Shown here: positions 26,700 to 40,102 of the stretch, in pieces
How positions within the stretch are numbered: position 1 is the first letter of the stretch
How the letters are laid out: each line of letters begins with the position of its first letter
NCBI GenBank assembly: GCA_000934665.2
Contig: JYFJ02002379.1
Location: 1-58,102, forward strand
DNA length: 58,102 nt
From: Catajapyx aquilonaris
Lineage: Eukaryota
Direction: 5' to 3'
Position numbers and translations under genes: made by a program
The notes under the pieces: model-generated
What the model saw: the letters and a program-made list of their open reading frames with translations, nothing else
Databases searched by the model: none
What the model was told of the DNA's origin: nothing

Positions 26700-29113
26700 C
26701 TGCAATAAATAACTATTCTTTAAAATATTAATATATAGTAGTTATGATGGATTACAGGTAAGTAATGACATGGAGTACGGTGCTATAGTATTTAAAACTT
26801 ACTTGATTGGAAAGTGTTAATTGCACAATGGCTATTTTTCCAATCAGTCTACAATTTTAAAGAGCACTTTACTCCAATTAATGTCCCAATGACGTCACTG
26901 ATGTTGCCATTACTTAGATGTAATCCACAATTACATTAGTGATGTCATTTACTATCACCTCAAACTAACATGAATTTCTGAGTTATAGTTTTTAATTTAC
27001 ATGCGTGAGAATTGTCAACAATATATTGAGTGCTGATAATATTTACTTTAAAAAAATTAGTGGTTTGTCCTGTTTGCACATTCTAGCACCCGATAGCATC
27101 GGTTACATTGAGGAAATACATTGGGAAATTAGTTGTGCTGAATAATGCGCAAAACATAACAAAATATGACAAAAATTTACAAATGCCAACCTTTATGATG
27201 GAACATATTTCTGTCAGTATTTTGCAAATTTGGAATGCACACGGACAGGAATGTTGCACACAAAATCAATAATTGATTGAAATGAGCTGACATGGAAAAA
27301 CTGCATAAGGGTCATAATTATGAGAAATTGTGAGAAATTTTAGCATTTAACTCCATTCCGACATGGAGAGAGCTCCAAACCTGCCAAGATATGGAGGAGA
27401 CGCATTACACACATTATTAAACATTATAAATGAGCTTTTTAACAAATGCCAAAAACAGAGCAAAATGAGAACAAAATTGTTACAATTTTGTGGATACATA
27501 TAATTTTTCTGCAAATCTCTCTTTAAAATACAATCATCTTAATTTAATTCTACGATTTGTACATCATTCTATTCATTACCTACCATCACAGTTAGTTTGT
27601 GATGCATACCGTCATGATTGACATTTAAAATTGACAACAATCGAACTTCATTTAAATGAGTGTATGTACGTAATTAGATTATAAATATTATATACGTAAA
27701 TTTGCATTTATAAAATGGGATAAATATCGTATGGGATAAATGCCAGAATATGATATCCCTATAATATACCGTACATTTCTTAATATACGTTACACCGAGC
27801 TTTATTCACTAACACGTTCCTGAGAAATTTAAGCTAAATATTATTATTATAGTCAGTAATCCTAGCTATGTCGCTCGATTGGTGGATGGAAATCCGGAGA
27901 ACGTTTGTCCCACATATGATTCACTACAGAACATTCTCTAAATGTATTTCTACATTATCATGGCCAATCAAGCTAAACCAGCCTAGAACTAACAGATAAT
28001 TCGATTAATTAAAAAAATCGCTAATGCAAAATCTAATCGTCCCTTAACAGCAACAAGAGCTGCTTAATATCCAGCATAATGTGACATCATTCCTCGTTTC
28101 TCCCCAAAAATACCACCTAGATTTAATCAGTTGATGACTTTTCATGAGGCCCATCCCCTTCCAGGTGAGCTTAGAAAATGACTCCACCAACGTCCAGATA
28201 TTTTTTTCCCCACCCATTCATTCCACCGAGAAATGAGCAGCAAGGGGTAAATAAGTCCATGGAATAAACTGCATGACATTCACATTATCTCCATCCCTTA
28301 CCATCACTATCCCTCCCCATTTCCCCCACCCAGATCGATAAGCTCCTATCATGGTGTGGTTGAGATTGGTCCAACATACCAAGCTACTACACAAAATGTA
28401 ACCAGGCCTATGATTATATGCAAGGGACCCATTTTGACCGTCGAATTATAGATTAAAATCTCTATTGAATTTCCCTCCCCTTTTCTATGTAGTTAACAGC
28501 ATGCCTTTGGTACACTTTTTTGTGGGTTAAATCACAGATTTGAATTCACTTGTGGTCAATAACTAGGGACGTTAGGTTGTAATAGGTTCATGTGTATGAG
28601 CTCAGTTTTTGGTTGTTCCATAGTTGCGAATTATGCTGTCTACATGTTCACCACGTTTTTGGTGGGTGTAGGGAGGAATAGCCTGGCTGGAATAAACCAG
28701 GGTAATCCGGGAAGCACATCCAATAAACACGTGCTTAAAACAGGTCTCCCGAGAGAGTCCATGCTTTTGGATTTCATGTGCAACTAGAATGCTAATGAGA
28801 TAAACATGCTCCTGAAAATGGAGCCAAATTGCAACCAATCGAAAATATTCAAAACTTCCACTTCATCATCTGAATATTCATAATGATGTCTCTAAGGTTA
28901 ACATTACCTGAAAAAACACACACACACACACACACAGTTTGAAAAATCGCCGAAGGCGCGCAGGTGGGGCGCAGCCCGGACCCCCACGCCTCGCAAAGCG
29001 AGTACAATCAGATGGCAAGATGCTGGTATAAAATTCATAAAATTATTTTTCTCTCAAAATATATAAGTCCATCATTTAAAAAGTTAAGACTTGACTACAT
29101 TGCCACAACTTAC

Positions 29114-29218
29114 CAATATGGTCAAATCCAAAAAAAGAATGTGAATCATTTTATGTCGTTGCTATAACTGAACATAAAGCGATTTCCTTTTGCCCTCGTT
29201 CTCAGAACAAACGACTGA
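29114..29218 (-). promoter_or_regulatory. Putative TSS/first exon of the minus-strand gene (Inr TCAGTC plus donor)
   Basis: Minus-strand TCAGTC (29218-29213) matches the arthropod-type initiator TCAKTY. Donor TTG|gtaagt at 29114/29113 and a strong acceptor (TG)10 ttttttcag at 28908 follow. Confidence 0.35.
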
Positions 29219-29559
29219 ACTCTTTCGGTTGGAATGGCGACAAAAACTTCAAAAGGTTTGAAGAACGGTGCCAGAACAAACTAGAAAATTTTTAGGAATT
29301 TTCTTTTCTTATAGTTTTTCCCCTCCATTTACTTCCTAGAATGAGTCTTAAAGCTTTTTGGTAGAGAGTGTAAACATTGTTTGCAGCAAGAATATGTCTT
29401 TAAGGCTTTAAAGTCGTTAACTATTAAAAATAGTGTAAACTGTATTAACCTAAAAAAATCGTCCTAAACAGGGTCTGGCCTACAAAATATTCCATGTATT
29501 AATAATTATGACAGACTTAATCAATGAGTTGCTATCATATTTTGCATCCTATATTATAT

Positions 29560-29610
29560 TGACGTCACGTATCAATCTCGGATTATTCGTGAGTCATATA
29601 AAATGACGCA
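29560..29610. promoter_or_regulatory. bZIP site cluster (CRE TGACGTCA, AP-1 TGAGTCA, TATAAAA, TGACGCA) between the divergent promoters
   Basis: Motifs read directly at 29560-29567, 29590-29596, 29597-29603 and 29604-29610. Function is inferred only. Confidence 0.3.
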
Positions 29611-30287
29611 TCGGTGTCTTTCAAATATATCTGGCCATGAAATATTCGTATCTAATTTCTTTCATAACAATTCATAACATTTAATAAAAAAGTTATGCAG
29701 TCATTTCATTTAATTAGTCTTCACTGAAATTATATAAAAATCAGAGAGCATATTCATATTACATAATATTAATATATACTGTACATGCAATTCCTAGAAT
29801 TTTCTGTCTATATTGCATATTACCTCACACCTCATCTTGGGTCTAACTAACAAACAGTTCACGCCACATCCTTACGTAAGGATTGTGACCTATTATGAAA
29901 TTGCTCCGTCTATGCATAAATATTGTGCAAGCGAGGAATGCACGTGGAAGATGAGGAACTTTGCTGAGAACCCAAGTGACATCCGATTAGCGCCATTAAG
30001 CCCGGTTTCTCGACTCATCATGGGAACAGCAGCACCTGACTCACTTGGCAGCTTAAGTACTAAAGGTGGGGTTATCAAGTCTATGGAGAGATCCGGGTAA
30101 TCTGCAGAACCAAGCGCCCCGGATACTGATCCACTCCATATTTTAGTTTTATGGCCGAGTAATCGCGGGCCACGGTTCATAACATCTGGATTGCAGTATT
30201 CAGATTTGTTATCACTTTCGTGATGTATAACTAGATACTCAAGGACTGCCGTCGCGACAAGCTTGGATCAGTCGTGTGCTGCAGATC

Positions 30288-33200
30288 ATGTTGCAAAACG
30301 GTGAGTTATTTTATATCCTCTTACCATCCTGATTCATATGTTGGATCTGATTCATTCAATAGACTCGGGAGATTATTTGAAAATATTCAAGTCGATTTCA
30401 TATCAGATTCAAAAGAAATCCTTATTGAACTCTTCATTTTCTCTCATTGTATGCATTACTGGAATAATATTTCAAATATATTTGCACTTCTTTTGGGTTT
30501 AACGTTACGCATAGGCCATCCATTTTGTTGCTAATAATTTTCCTAAAAACATCGCGCATGTTGGTTTGTGTTGACTACTCGTCCCCAATAATCCCATGGC
30601 CAGATGTTCCACTTACAAAGATTTAATACTGTTTTGTGACCAAGCTGATATCACACTTGAACTTCCATCTCACATTGTAAAAACTGGTTAATAACTGGTA
30701 TCTGGAATATACTGGTGACTAACTTATATCATTATGTCTGCACGGTTCGAAGTACAAAGAAATCACAAATAACTTGATGTGTTGTAACCTTTACAAGCAC
30801 CAGTGATCTGATGCATTGGCTCGACTTCCCTCCAAAATTAGTATATTCACAACTTTTGTAAAATAATTTTTCGAACAACTAGAGAATTATGCGTAGATAT
30901 TTACAAAATTTTGCTCAAGCGCTCTACTGCATTCTACTATATTGTAATCGAGATTGTAATATCCAGTTCGACACAATATAGACTATTACATGACCATCAT
31001 TTAGATATTTTATAATAATTAATAATTGTCAGTATAGTTTCCAATTTTGTTATGAGCAGCATCCCACCCTTCCCTTCATGACCTTTAATCATCATATTTT
31101 TTAAAATATTCATAATGACAAAGAAGAGAAATATTCTCAATTTGCTAACTCATTTAAAATAGCACATTCTTAATGCCCTTTGTTCATGTGAATTAGTTCA
31201 AGGATTCTCATACTATTATTGGATTGGATTTGTTGACGATTTGCGCCTGAGGTCATTTAAATGAAGGCAATTTCCCATAACCCGATTTCTTGCCAAATTA
31301 CACAAGTTGACAATTTATTTATAATTTAATAATTAAATTTCGTCTTTAGAGTACATGTCATCCGCAATTGTTCAATATGCTTTATTTACCCTACAAATTA
31401 GGTGTTACAAATGAACAATATGCTTCTTAACCATGTGACGAACCGATCACATTCTCAAGAGACTTTGATCACGTGCATCCTGAAGCTTTTAAAAAAAATA
31501 GCATATGATGGCGGCCTCTGCCCGTCCTTGACCCTAAAGCCGCACCAATCGCCTATGAGCTGCCTTTTGGATCCCCCTTTGATGCAGCAGCCTTCAGACG
31601 ACAGTCAGCTTGTTTTTTTCCTAGGAGGAAGCCATCACCAGAGGAGACGAAAGAGCGACAACTTCATGGCTGCCACCATGTTCACACTAGAAGCCACACC
31701 AGAGTTTCTGGAGCCACCTCGTTCTAGGGCTTCCAGCAGGTCTACCACCTCCAGTAGGGGAGATTGTGATGTGGACGACAGAATTCAATGCGCCTTTGTG
31801 GAGGAGGACACTATCGCACAGGGGAAGTGGCTCAGGCTGTCCAAAATCAAGTACAGGGATCCCAAGGGAAAGGAGAAGTATGAATTTTTCTATATGTTAC
31901 TGGAAAGAGTCCATAGGGTATACGTAACGAGAAGCATGCCAAAGATTATATAAGAGCTCATAGTCATTTGGATGCGTGAGTCTGGTGCTGAAATTTTGCA
32001 TATATGGCGTCAATAAGGTTGCATAAGTTAGTAAGGTCTTATGGAGCATTGAGGTCGGATTAAAATCTAGTTATTTTTACATGTGTTTAAAAATGCATTG
32101 CAATGCATTGTATGGAAGAGTTGTATGAAGCAGTTAATAACTGAATAACTGAAAAATGTGAAAATGATGGCAAATATTTGTTTTGATAACATTACCGGAT
32201 TAAATTGCGCATAAAAAATGTGGTACCATAACCGTAAATAAGCGCAATAGGTCAAACTGCTCATACCATTAAAGTTAATAATAGTAAAAGGCATGACGAA
32301 GTACTTGACTTAATCATAAACCCTTATCTGCAATAATTACATGTACAGATATTGGCAGATATCATTTTGTAATTATTATCTTCTTTCACCACTTTTGCAA
32401 TGGTAAAAAGTACGTATGAAAATTTATAATGCCGATTTATCAACGACAGTCGGGTCGAAATTGAGTTGATATTGTGAAATGTAAATCTCAACACGTGTTT
32501 ACCTATATAGTCGGGTCAATATTCTCAGCTTCTTCCAAATATGTTTATCGAACTAAACGCAATCTTCAACTTTTACACAATCACAATTAGAAATTATTTT
32601 TATCGTTCTCTGCATTTTAATTTTTTTTTGTCATACCAGTTGTAGGAAAAGTCGGGGAAAATGGTCCTTGAGCTCATCTGCTAATATAGGCCAGTTGTTA
32701 GCGAACACGTGATCACTTAGTTCATTGCGTCCGAACTGTTGCCTTCAAGTTGAGTTCAGTTTTTTAATTATTTGACATTAACGGGCCAAAAATGACGTGC
32801 TCAAGTATAACTTTAACCAGGGCGCCACTAAAACGACGTAAACATTATCAAATAGCCTGCAACACCCATCGTTAACTAAATGTTCTTTTACATTATAGAC
32901 ATACAATATTGGTTGGAACTATTTTCATTGCCATTCTTGCCATATTATTAATGGTACGCTGGATATAAATTACACTAAATTTGTTCCATGATTGTCAAAT
33001 GCAATGGTTAATTATAATTCAGAATTGTTTTTGAGCAAAATTATTTTTCACTGCGAAATGTGTTCTTGACATAGATAATGTTCCTCCTGATAATCTGAAT
33101 TACTATGACACGACGGACGTTGAACCTTATTCGGTCACCACCGACATGGTCTAATGCTCTTATGATTGCTAAGCTATAAATAAGCTCAAAGTAAAGAATC

Positions 33201-36094
33201 TCGCAATCAAATGAACCAATTTATTCAATCCGTTCAAAATAAGTCAACACCAAACAAAGAAAATGGTCGTAGTAATTTATTATTCCTGTTACTTTTGGTG
33301 AGATTGTGCCATCACATTTTATTATATTTACAACAGTGCGCCCTACCGCGAAATTTACTAATTATTGCCAATATTGACCATCCCTCAATGTATTGAAACT
33401 TGCCTACATTCGCTAGTTTATTGATGCTACCATTGTTGGCACAATCTCACCCCATTTTGCCAAAATCAGCATATGAAAACTATCGCAAATATTCAAGTGG
33501 AATTAACAATATTATCTACATAAATAAAGCTGTTTGTGAGTCTGTCTGTCTGTCTGCCCGCCTGCCAACCGTCATTTGCCATCTGTGCTCCACCCCCAGG
33601 CCGGGAGAGGATGGAGGTGTTGAGGGTTGACTACAGATGGCAGGCAAATGACGGTTGCCGTTATACAGGCAGGAGAGGGTGAAGGTGTTGGAGTAGCAGG
33701 ACCACATATGGCATTGGTGGGCGGAGATAGTAAGGAATAAGGGTAAAATTAATATCTGACCAATATTTCAGAGGTCACGTGAGACTACAAGAAATGTCAT
33801 TCTTGCAGTTCCTCGTTATCTTTGGTTCATTCAGTTATGCACATGCCGCAATGAATGAATGTACATGAATGAAATATCAAATTCATTAATAACCCATAGT
33901 TTTTCCCCAACCTGTAATTCCCCACAAAAATTGACTTACTCTCAGGAAATTGCGATTTCCTTCATTTCAAAATAATAGAATGTAAGCCTAGTCTGAACTG
34001 AATCAATTCCCCCCTTGAACCCAAGGCATGTCAGGCAAGGGAAGCAGTAGAGAGAAGCAGGTCCATGCTATTAATTAAATCTCTCTCGGACTAAAGTTTC
34101 ACGGCAGAAGTGCAAGCTTAGGAAGAAGTCTGGAGCCATCACTGAGGAGTTTGGGATTTTCGTGACATCACTCCAGGCGTGGCTAATTTTAAAGCATGGC
34201 AGGCAGTATCAGTTCAGGACCGAAGACTTGATGGCGGAGAGGAAACTGAAATGTTGACGTCTGTCGACCCGGATTCACTGCGAATATTCGGTCAATGTAA
34301 ACAAGATATAAGTGGTGAAGGGGGAAGAGTCAGACATAACGATTTGCTTGGCGTTGCTTCTTTAGACTGACCTTTCGACTTTTAGGGAGACATTTTATCT
34401 GAGACTGCTTTTGATACAGCTTTTGCTGGAACTAGGAGGTTGTTCAAATGTCACAAGTTTGTGGCTAATAACCCGGTAAATGACCAGAATTTTGTCGTAT
34501 TTTTTATGTCAGATATTGGCTGAAGTTGAATATATCATCCACATATAGTATTATAATTTATCATGTAATATTACAATTATTTTAAATTTGTATTTGTCAG
34601 ATACGGTACTTGTTACACTAATTCGTGTAAGTTGTCGACCCCCCTGTAAGTTGTTTATAATGCATGAAACCTTCTTGCAGAGCGTGGGAAGCGGTATCTC
34701 GTGCCAACCGGCAAATGGGTGAACCAGACGACTGCGTGGGAATAATTGCTGTGTATCAACGACTCCTGCATTACGATCAAATTTTATTGGTTAAGCAATA
34801 CAGACCAGCATTAAAAGCCTACACTATTGAAATGCCAACTGGTAAGTATAAAAAAGTTGTAAAATATTATTGTGCAATTTTTTGTTCATGCAAATGATAT
34901 ACATAGGTTGTGAAAGGACTGGCAGAATCATTTTCTAACTCAATGGGAGCTTTTATGGTACTGACAGTCCACTCTATTTCCTGTTCATTACCTCGTACCC
35001 TCCAAGCCCCTCTTTGATATCATAGAAAATTTATGAATAAAATTTTGGACCTTGATGAATCTAGGACTGTTTGAAGCTATTATTTTCACACGTCCGCCTC
35101 CCATGTTAAAACGCAGGAGAGCCGCCTGAAGGGAATTCATTACGCCTGTTATGCAACAGGTTTCACAGCTTCCTCCCCACAAAAACTCTATGGTTCATTT
35201 GAGTTAGAGGAAGCGCGACTGAAAAATGTCCAACAATCAGTTTAATATGTCCGTCATGCAAAGCTCATTCGGGCAGAACCCCCTATGCCTGGGGTGACAC
35301 ACAATCAAATCAGAATGACACAAACTTCATTCTGTCCAACTTATTTTTTTTTTGTACATATAGTATGACAATGATGTCAATTAATTTATGAGAATGACAT
35401 AGTACGTGAATGTAATGAATGAATCTAATTTTTATACACATACTGTATATGCAATTCGGTATGTCCCTTATAAACTTGCAAATCCTGCAATTTGCCCNCC
35501 CCCCACCCGATCGATGATTTTTCATACCATATATTTTTCTATAGGGATTTTGGACCCTGGGGAGTCAGCAGAAGCTGTCGCTGTCCGGGAACTCAAAGAA
35601 GAGACTGGATACACAGGAGAGGTCAAGCATGTTGGACCTTTGGTGTCACTGGACCCTGGAATATCAGATTGTACCATACGTCTAGTCACTGTCACGGTAA
35701 TGACCCTAGTGAGTCAGGATTTGACATATAACTGACTGTTTGTATCATAGGTGAATGGCGATCTGCCAGAGAATTTCAACAACAAGGTACATCCAGCTGA
35801 AGGAGAACGTTTGGAAATAATAATGGTGCCTCTCTCTGAAATTCTGAACAAGTTACATGGTCAGTTATATATTTTTTGGTTATGAGCCAATAACTGTTTC
35901 ATTAATTTTCTGCATTTCTTTCAACAGATTTATCATATCAAGGTTACGCCATAGATTCCAGAGTTCACGCATTGGCCGTGGGACTTAGCATGGGTAGCAA
36001 ACCACTGCGAAAACGGTCTCGCCACGAGACCACTCTGCCACCTTTCGTGTTGCCTGATGGATTGGACAGGCTGAAGAATGACGAGCCAGTTTAA
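30288..36094 (+). CDS. NUDT5: ADP-sugar (ADP-ribose) pyrophosphatase, NUDT5-like Nudix hydrolase, 284 aa
   Basis: Exons 30288-30300, 31625-31877, 34681-34841, 35545-35696, 35751-35859, 35928-36094; all GT-AG with matching phases, total 855 nt. Translation gives GKWLRLSKIKYRDPKGKEKAWEAVSR, LLVKQYRPALKAYTIEMPTG, a complete Nudix box GILDPGESAEAVAVRELKEETGY, DPGISD and AIDSRVHA. Exon 1 (13 nt, after Inr TCAGTC at 30268) is the least certain; alternative starts are ATG 31666 and 31678 (gccaccATG). AATAAA at 36416 and 36519. Confidence 0.92.
33515..33660 (+). mobile_element. Probable Helitron-like 5' fragment with (GTCT)n and an internal inverted repeat
   Basis: A|TCTACATAAATAAAGC followed by a GTCT microsatellite; 15-bp inverted repeat 33566-33580/33643-33657. 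No 3' CTAG hairpin found. Confidence 0.4.
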
Positions 36095-39000
36095 GACAGT
36101 CCAATTCTGGTCGGGAAGAATCCCATTGGGGTTATAACTTGACGGAATGAGAGATCTTCCCACACACATACAAAAAAAAGAAATTCTTTGCTCACTTTTG
36201 AGGTTGTAGCTATTTCAGGTTTTTATTTTCCATTTTTTTTGTCTTATTAATGGGTCATACTGTACGGTCCAGTTCGATTATTGGTAATTTAATTTTTTGA
36301 GAATATAATACTTGGTGATAATCATTTTCTAATGGGTGTTGGTGGGGACTTTCCCGTATTCAGTGCGACACTAGTTGATTTTTTGTAGATCAGTTGTATT
36401 TGTACTGTTAACCTAAATAAATTTGCATTATAACCACCATTTGATGTTTCATATTTGTATTAGGCCCAGATATTTTTCCGCATATTTTTATGTTATGTTT
36501 CAATTACAGCTACTGTACAATAAAGGACTACAACGACACAACACTTTTCTCCTTGACATTTGGAAAGAACGCTAGTGAAGGATGGTAAACCAACTATACG
36601 AGACGCATCATTACCTACCTCTCCATCCATGGAAACAGAATTTCATATAGGTTGCTGAATTAAGCCGTAAAAAATGTCATTCGCCACGCATCATAATTTC
36701 AATGAGGTGTATGCATTAATGAGCACCTACTTTTCATCTATTTGTTGACAACCGGGCGGCCCAACACACATGTTCAAATGGGATTGTGAATAGGCATATA
36801 AACATTTTTTTTTTCTTTTCCAGAAGAGGAATTAGTGCATTGTTTTTGTGGTTAGAGAGGATTATTGCCAGTGCCGGGTTTTTAAACGGGAATCGGATTG
36901 AATTTCAATACCAGACGGTGGTTGTCAGTCTTCAATCACTGCCTGCTGTTGCTGTCATTGTATTTGGTGAACATGTGATTTTCCCAGGAATGACAGGTCA
37001 AGTTGCATGCTGCTGCTACATGATAGGCAGTTAATGATTTTTAGACCGACGTGTTATGTATGTCGCGGTTGCTGTTGAAGCACACACATCGTGTTTTTTT
37101 GTGTTCATTTTATTCATTTATCATCGTAACTGATAATCGTCAGGACAAATGTTTGCATCCTCAAATTACATTTAACTTTAGCCAAACTTTGAAATTATGT
37201 AGGTCCTCATAAAATCATATTATGCGCTTATATATAAACTGCATTACAGTCGGTAGATGGCACTGGAATGCGGGCAATGATTTAAGATATTCCAAAGGCT
37301 CTACAGAGATGCCACAACGATCGTGTTTGGTTCAAATGCCGCGGTTCATATAAAGTACTGTTAACAACTTTGGGTATCGTACCAAAAACTGCTGTGTACA
37401 TTTACAAGAGACAATTTACAAGGTGCTGGTGGTACTTCTGATTATAGTGACTAATCATATGCAAACCATTCAAATCATTCTCGTTCAATTTTTATTTTGG
37501 TCTCATAAGATCGTCCACCAGGTTTCAAAATTTTCTAAAATATTCCTTGGTATAGCCCGGTATAGCTTCACGAGACTGACAAAAAAAGTTTTTTAAAAAA
37601 TTGTGGTCGTTACTTTGTAAGCCACAAGCTTGCGTCTAATAGTACATACATGTCAGCATAAATGTAACGTATTTGTATACAGAATAATCACGTCTGTACA
37701 ACTGATTACTAGTCCTAATTAGTGTTCTGCTTATAAAATTTATTAGGGATATATTCCACCAATCAGTCCAATTTGTTTTTATTCGTGTCTTAATTGCAGA
37801 CTAGCTCATAATATTACTTTTCATACCTTTTGGCTACTTTCGTAAAATATTTTCAGGACCTTGCTATACCGCTACAAACCGCTACAAACACACGCCGTTA
37901 CCATACCTTTTTCGGGCCAGAGCATTGGCATGTTCAGTGGTCGGATCATGTTTCAAGTGTGACTGCGGTGTAGTGTACAGTTAACACACATGTAACGTTA
38001 GATTGTTTTGATAGTTCTCTCCACTCAGATGTGGAGCTAGCACTCAATTCGGTAGCATGATTTTGCCTCATTTTACCTATAACAATGCGAACATTTCAAA
38101 TAAGAAATTCCTATCAGTAATTGTTTGATATTTGGTGAAATTTCAATCATGCATTGAATGCATATGTTCAAAGAGAGGGAAATTTTGACTACTTACATAA
38201 ACCGGTATACAATATCGTGATCTATAAGAAAAGCTAGCTCACTTTCTACATACGACACCAAACAAACATGAAAAAAAGAGGATGTCTCCACTTTTCTCTT
38301 TTGGAGTGCAAAGTAGGCTGACCATGCTGTCCATACTAGTTGTTCTCCTACTGTTTGTGACCCAGAACTTTCTACAACGATGATTGTGCAGTACACAACC
38401 TGCAAGCGCACCTACTGCAAGTAATGATCTCTATAGAATCATTTGCTTTCTCGCTCCTTCGAAGAATGGAAAAAAAAGGACAAACTGGAATCTGCACTAC
38501 GTCATATTTCAACTTTCACCACCTTTCCACATCGGACAGGTTGCGACCTCAATTCTCAATGAAGAAAGGTCACTGCCAGGAACGTGAGTTCTTGAAAGTT
38601 GGTGTTTGTTACACATTCTCTCTCTCCTGTCACGTGAAAAACAACCCGCCAAAAAACCACACTTGGCATACGTAAGTTGTTTATAAATAATGTTTACTAG
38701 TGCTAAAATTATGACGTAGGCTAGAATTGAAGGAAAGAAAATATGACTGGCCATGACCCGTAAGGAAGAGTGCAATGTCACGGAGAAAGTAACTCTTACT
38801 GAGTCATACGTGACCATGCTGAACACAAAATTGAATATGCCTCTAAGGCACTACGATTTAAATTATGTGACCTATTATGACATTCATAGAAATTTTAGAC
38901 ATTGGCTTAATCCAAGGGTAGGCCTATAGGGTATAGTGATCAGGTTATTTACTTACGAAGAATATACTGTCATCTATAAAAAAATCGGTAAAACCCGAGA

Positions 39001-39597
39001 CAAACAATCATATGTAGTTTACAAATGTAAAGAAATCACTTTACATAAGTGCAAATTCAGTAGCTGACCTTCACGAGTCGATCAATAATACCTCATGTTT
39101 TTTGTAAAAACAACTGCTTCGAGACGAGGAAATGTTTAATTAATAAGTGTGTGCTAGTTAAATAGTTGATTGACCGAGTCACCTTCATCCATATAATTGA
39201 TATGCAATCCAGACTAACGGGTTAAAAGCAGATTCATCAGTGAAAAGTCATCGAGGGTCAATCGAAGCATGAGAGCAATGACACGCATTTCAGACACTAG
39301 TAAATAAATCGGCATCTTGCATATTAAAGATCAGCAATTTTGAACGGAAAAACATTACGTAAACGTTTATTAATAAACAAACAATGATTCAGCATCTGCT
39401 TGAGGCAAGGGGTGAGGTGTCTTTAACAAGTGTGTATTGATGACATATTGAGTATATCGCAATGACGTTTACTGCATTGGAAAATTAACATATAATGTAC
39501 CATTTTAAATATATTCATCCTCAGTAATTGTTGTCAAATTTTAACATTTAAATTATTCACGCCCCGAAAATACAGTATTTACAAACATTAAAATCAT

Positions 39598-39600
39598 CAC

Positions 39601-39676
<76 letters not shown>

Positions 39677-39790
39677 TACATTACCCCGTGATAAGGCTGA
39701 GCCTTTTTAGGGAGTGGAATACCACCATTTCACTCCATTTTCCTATATTAACTTCATTCACCGGTGCAAGGAGTCAAGGATGTAGGGTAG
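39598..39790 (-). mobile_element. 5'-truncated retroposon 3' end with a long (AAT)n tail
   Basis: Minus strand GGTGGTATTCCAC...TCACGGGGTAATGTAA(AAT)n; the same terminal module as SINE families B and C. About 26 TAT units at 39600-39676. Confidence 0.6.
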
Positions 39791-40102
39791 AGAATAGGTT
39801 TTCCAATATTCCAATATTTCCAATATTTAAATCAAAATGTAGCACTTCCTTAATTTAATTTCTGTGCGTTCCTCATCAAATTTTTAATTGCCATGGTTTA
39901 AGTTGCTCTTGTACTTTATAACTTCCTGCTACTACTAAAACTGATTCTATATCCACCAGGGTCGCAACCGCACATTTTTCTAACAAGCGACAAATACACC
40001 ATATGATTTATCAATCCATCAATCACAACTCCGACCTTCAAAAACTGCATGCCAACACCTATATGCATATCCCACCTTTGAACACCATATCTTTTTTTTT
40101 AG

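Noticed and set aside
29813..30267. Overlapping antiparallel ~95-aa ORFs between the divergent promoters
   Set aside because: No recognisable domain, and trial splicing of the + ORF (donor 30097) into NUDT5 gave frame mismatches or stops.
31402..31624. N-terminal part of ORF 31402-31953 as NUDT5 coding sequence
   Set aside because: It lies upstream of a strong acceptor (tttttttcctag, 31624) and is probably intronic read-through. The ORF tail after the 31877 donor is likewise intronic.
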